From Antedon mediterranea (lineage: Eukaryota; Animalia; Echinodermata), in assembly GCF_964355755.1 (NCBI RefSeq), contig NC_092679.1, positions 20,195,432 through 20,259,431 on the forward strand: DNA of 64,000 nt. The letters run 5' to 3'. Positions 61,718-64,000 of the stretch are shown here, piece after piece. The position numbers were made by a program, and so were the translations under genes. The stretch's first letter is position 1. Every line of letters begins with the position of its first letter. The notes beneath the pieces are model-generated. The model did not search any database. It was not told the DNA's origin and saw only the letters and a list, made by a program, of their open reading frames with translations.

Positions 61718-62231
61718 GAAACAGATAAGACCGCATTTCAAGATTTGTTAGCAAACCTCAGCAAAGAATGTGTTGGTGATAAATACCTTCGGTTAAGAAT
61801 GCTTCTACATGACATTATACCAAGTGGAAATTTAGAAGATAGTACTACAGCACTAGAATTATTCAATGAACTTGATGACATTGGAAAGATTTCAGTTACT
61901 GATGTCACCCTCTTGTCAGATGTTGCTGAAACCACCAAACAGATATCGGCAAAAACACTTATAGCCGAATATAAACAGACTGTACAATGCAGTGAAACAA
62001 TAGGAACAAGATTAACACTATACCGAAAGAAACTTTTTGAAGCTCTAACTGATGTTGGCTCTGATAATTTTCATACTGTTATTAATTCTTACAAACTTAA
62101 AGGCCGTAACTTTAAAAATATATGGGATGTTGTTTTCCACCTTGAGAAAGAGGAACTGTTTGATAATACCAAAGAAAAGTGTAAACGGTTTGCAAATCTA
62201 CTAAGCAAAAAGTCAAAAAGCAAATTACTAG
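61718..62231 (+). CDS. Tandem-DED exon (fourth copy); spliced from the gene E pseudokinase or from an upstream exon ending near 61572
   Basis: ag|GAAACAGATAAG..TTACTAG|gt with an open frame, homologous to 36837-37350. The preceding intron (61590-61717) is homologous to 36710-36836. A possible next micro-exon lies at 62368-62387. Confidence 0.85.
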
Positions 62232-62429
62232 GTAATCACTCTTACTTGATGTTTTTTAATTAAAAGAATTATTTCCTAACTGGTGTAGGCATTCAATCAG
62301 TACCTGGGGAATGTCCTCTCCTATAATATAGTGAAAATGATTACGTCTTCAAAGTTAATTATTTCAGAAATTAAAGTAGAAAAAGAGGTACTTCAGACAG
62401 AAAATGACCTTGGTGTATTTCCTGATTAC

Positions 62430-62630
62430 GTAATTTCCGCCAGGTGTTTCTAATGAAGGTCGTTCATTTCCTGTTATTGTAATAGTTATGTAACTTCCGC
62501 CAGGTGTTTCTAATGAAGGTCGTTCTTTTCCTGTTATTGTAATAGTTATGTAATTTCCGCCAGGTGTTTCTAATGAAGGTCGTTCTTTTCCTGGTTTCGT
62601 ACTAGTTATGTAATTTCCGCCAGGTGTTTC
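62430..62630. repeat. 60-bp tandem repeat, about 3.3 copies
   Basis: Unit gtaatttccgccaggtgtttctaatgaaggtcgttcttttcctgttattgtaatagttat starting at 62430, 62490, 62550 and 62610. Confidence 0.95.
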
Positions 62631-62801
62631 TTTGTCTCTTATTTATTATTTTTTCGGCGCGAGGTTCTGGTACGTGGTGAGTGACGTCATTACTTTATTT
62701 ATGATTTAAGACGGTGAAACAAAGTGAAGCGGTTATTGTTGTACTATTCTCCAGTTGTTTTGTCTATTTTTGCGTAGAGTATCTCTTTACAGTATTTTAT
62801 T

Positions 62802-63356
62802 ATGTCTGGAAGTATATATTTTTCGCAAGGGAGTTGTGAAGATACTGTTATAATAATTAGCGATGACGAGGAGACTGTTGTTGTTCCAGGCAGTGATATA
62901 GATGATCGTTACACGGAGGCCGAAGAGGTTATCCCCGTCGGTATAGATGAAGGAGTCGAGAGGAATAACAGGCCTACAAGTTGTATATTCACGTACGTGG
63001 ACGAGGTGGAGAGAGAATTTTTGTTGAAAATGGAGCGTTTGGTTAAACAATTGTTTGCTGCTCAAGTGTTAGCCAAGTGTTGGGTTTTAAGTAAAGCGGC
63101 ATGTTATGGTTGTGAATTTGACAGGAGCAGTCAAAAAGATCATGATTTCTGTTGTATGAAGTCTCTAGAAGAACAGATTGACTATTTTTATCGGGAGGTT
63201 CTGGATAAGAAGTATGTTTCAGTCGATACCGTTTACAACGAACTAAATATGCACGGGGAATATTCATTGCCTCGGTATAGACATTTCGTTTATTTTCTTG
63301 TCAATACCCTGATTAATTCAGAGACTATTTTTAAGCTGTTGTGCGAGGATATTTAA
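62802..63356 (+). CDS. Intronless 184-aa ORF with an acidic N-terminus and a CxxC..SQxxHxxC motif (Polinton accessory-like)
   Basis: ORF track; motif CYGCEFDRSSQKDHDFCC. Confidence 0.6.
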   Translation: MSGSIYFSQGSCEDTVIIISDDEETVVVPGSDIDDRYTEAEEVIPVGIDEGVERNNRPTSCIFTYVDEVEREFLLKMERLVKQLFAAQVLAKCWVLSKAACYGCEFDRSSQKDHDFCCMKSLEEQIDYFYREVLDKKYVSVDTVYNELNMHGEYSLPRYRHFVYFLVNTLINSETIFKLLCEDI

Positions 63357-63515
63357 ATTGTGTTTCGCACGTGTCACGGAAACGATTGACCGGAAATAAC
63401 AATCATTATCTTTTTAATTACTGTACTGGGCTACTTCCCTACTGAGCTGCATATATATCCTGACTCAAGCGTAATCGTTCGTTTCACTCTCTGTAACTCT
63501 CTACAGTCTATAAAC

Positions 63516-64000
63516 ATGAGTTTCAACTGTTTACCTACTCCGAAATTAGCAATTGGTGAGAAAGCCCGTAGGACTATGAAAAGAGTTATGGGGAGTTCTA
63601 ATGGTCAAGCTGACGAGTGTAGCAGTTTAAAATTACCAACGATGGCTTCTACATCAGCGAATATAATGGATTCTATAAAATCTTTTAACGGTCAAACAGA
63701 TGAGTGTAAAGGTTTGAGTAAAGCCTCAGGAATGAGCGCCCGAGATTTTGCCGTAATGACCGATGGTGTACCAAAGATTTCCATAACTTCAAAGAATCGG
63801 ATTTTCTTGTCTGAAAAACGCCATGTAGTGGCCCAACGATGGGGTGACGATGTTTATGTTTGTCTCAGAGAGTATTACCAAACGGAAGAATATGGTGCCT
63901 TCAAACCTGGACCTCTAGGTATTAATTTACCCGTTCTGCTGTGGCAAAAACTTTTCAACAATATTGATTTAATTATTCAGGCACTGGAAGACTTACAAAG
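63516..64000 (+). CDS. PC4/Sub1-like ssDNA-binding domain protein (partial; absent from the ORF track because it has no stop in the window)
   Basis: Open from ATG 63516 to the window end. IFLSEKRHVVAQRWGDDVYVCLREYYQ..FKPGPLGINLPVLLWQKLFNNIDLIIQAL aligns by eye with the PC4 core (RYVSV..F.G..LIDIREYW..MKPGRKGISL..QW.QL). Confidence 0.8.
   Translation, partial: MSFNCLPTPKLAIGEKARRTMKRVMGSSNGQADECSSLKLPTMASTSANIMDSIKSFNGQTDECKGLSKASGMSARDFAVMTDGVPKISITSKNRIFLSEKRHVVAQRWGDDVYVCLREYYQTEEYGAFKPGPLGINLPVLLWQKLFNNIDLIIQALEDLQ

Larger units (their letters stand above)
62375..64000 (+). mobile_element. Probable left arm of a Polinton/Maverick-like element, running off the window
   Basis: A 60-bp subterminal tandem array is followed by intronless ORFs: one with CYGC..D.SSQ..H..C and one with a PC4-like domain, both accessory ORF types seen in invertebrate Polintons. 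No integrase or pPolB lies in the window, and the left boundary is approximate. Confidence 0.55.

Overview
AT-rich, intron-containing metazoan DNA, probably from a marine invertebrate (inferred from its repeat families and DED expansion). The first half has two ordinary multi-exon genes on the + strand: mitochondrial DLST (about 5.2-16.4 kb) and a DBH-like copper monooxygenase, MOXD1 (22.8-34.4 kb). From 35.9 to 62.4 kb lies a tandem cluster of modular genes built from shared exons: TKL-type kinase or pseudokinase, tandem death-effector domains (DED-DED), a transmembrane segment, a mucin-like Thr/Pro stalk and a C-terminal MAM-like domain. Hand-built splice models give inverted (type II) receptors: kinase-DED-DED-TM-mucin-MAM (gene A) and DED-DED-TM-MAM (gene C). 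The cluster also holds a MAM-only protein ending in KEEL (gene B), a disrupted DED-DED gene with an ALF-like C-terminus (gene D) and a pseudokinase followed by DED-DED (gene E). This looks like a rapidly evolving, possibly undescribed immune/death-receptor system. Mobile elements include a single-ORF L2 LINE with an intact frame, a CR1 LINE with a 2A-like peptide, Rex1 and Penelope remnants, SINEs, several MITE families, a Helentron-like HINE and the probable left arm of a Polinton/Maverick. All gene models were read by eye from splice signals and reading-frame phase and need transcript confirmation.
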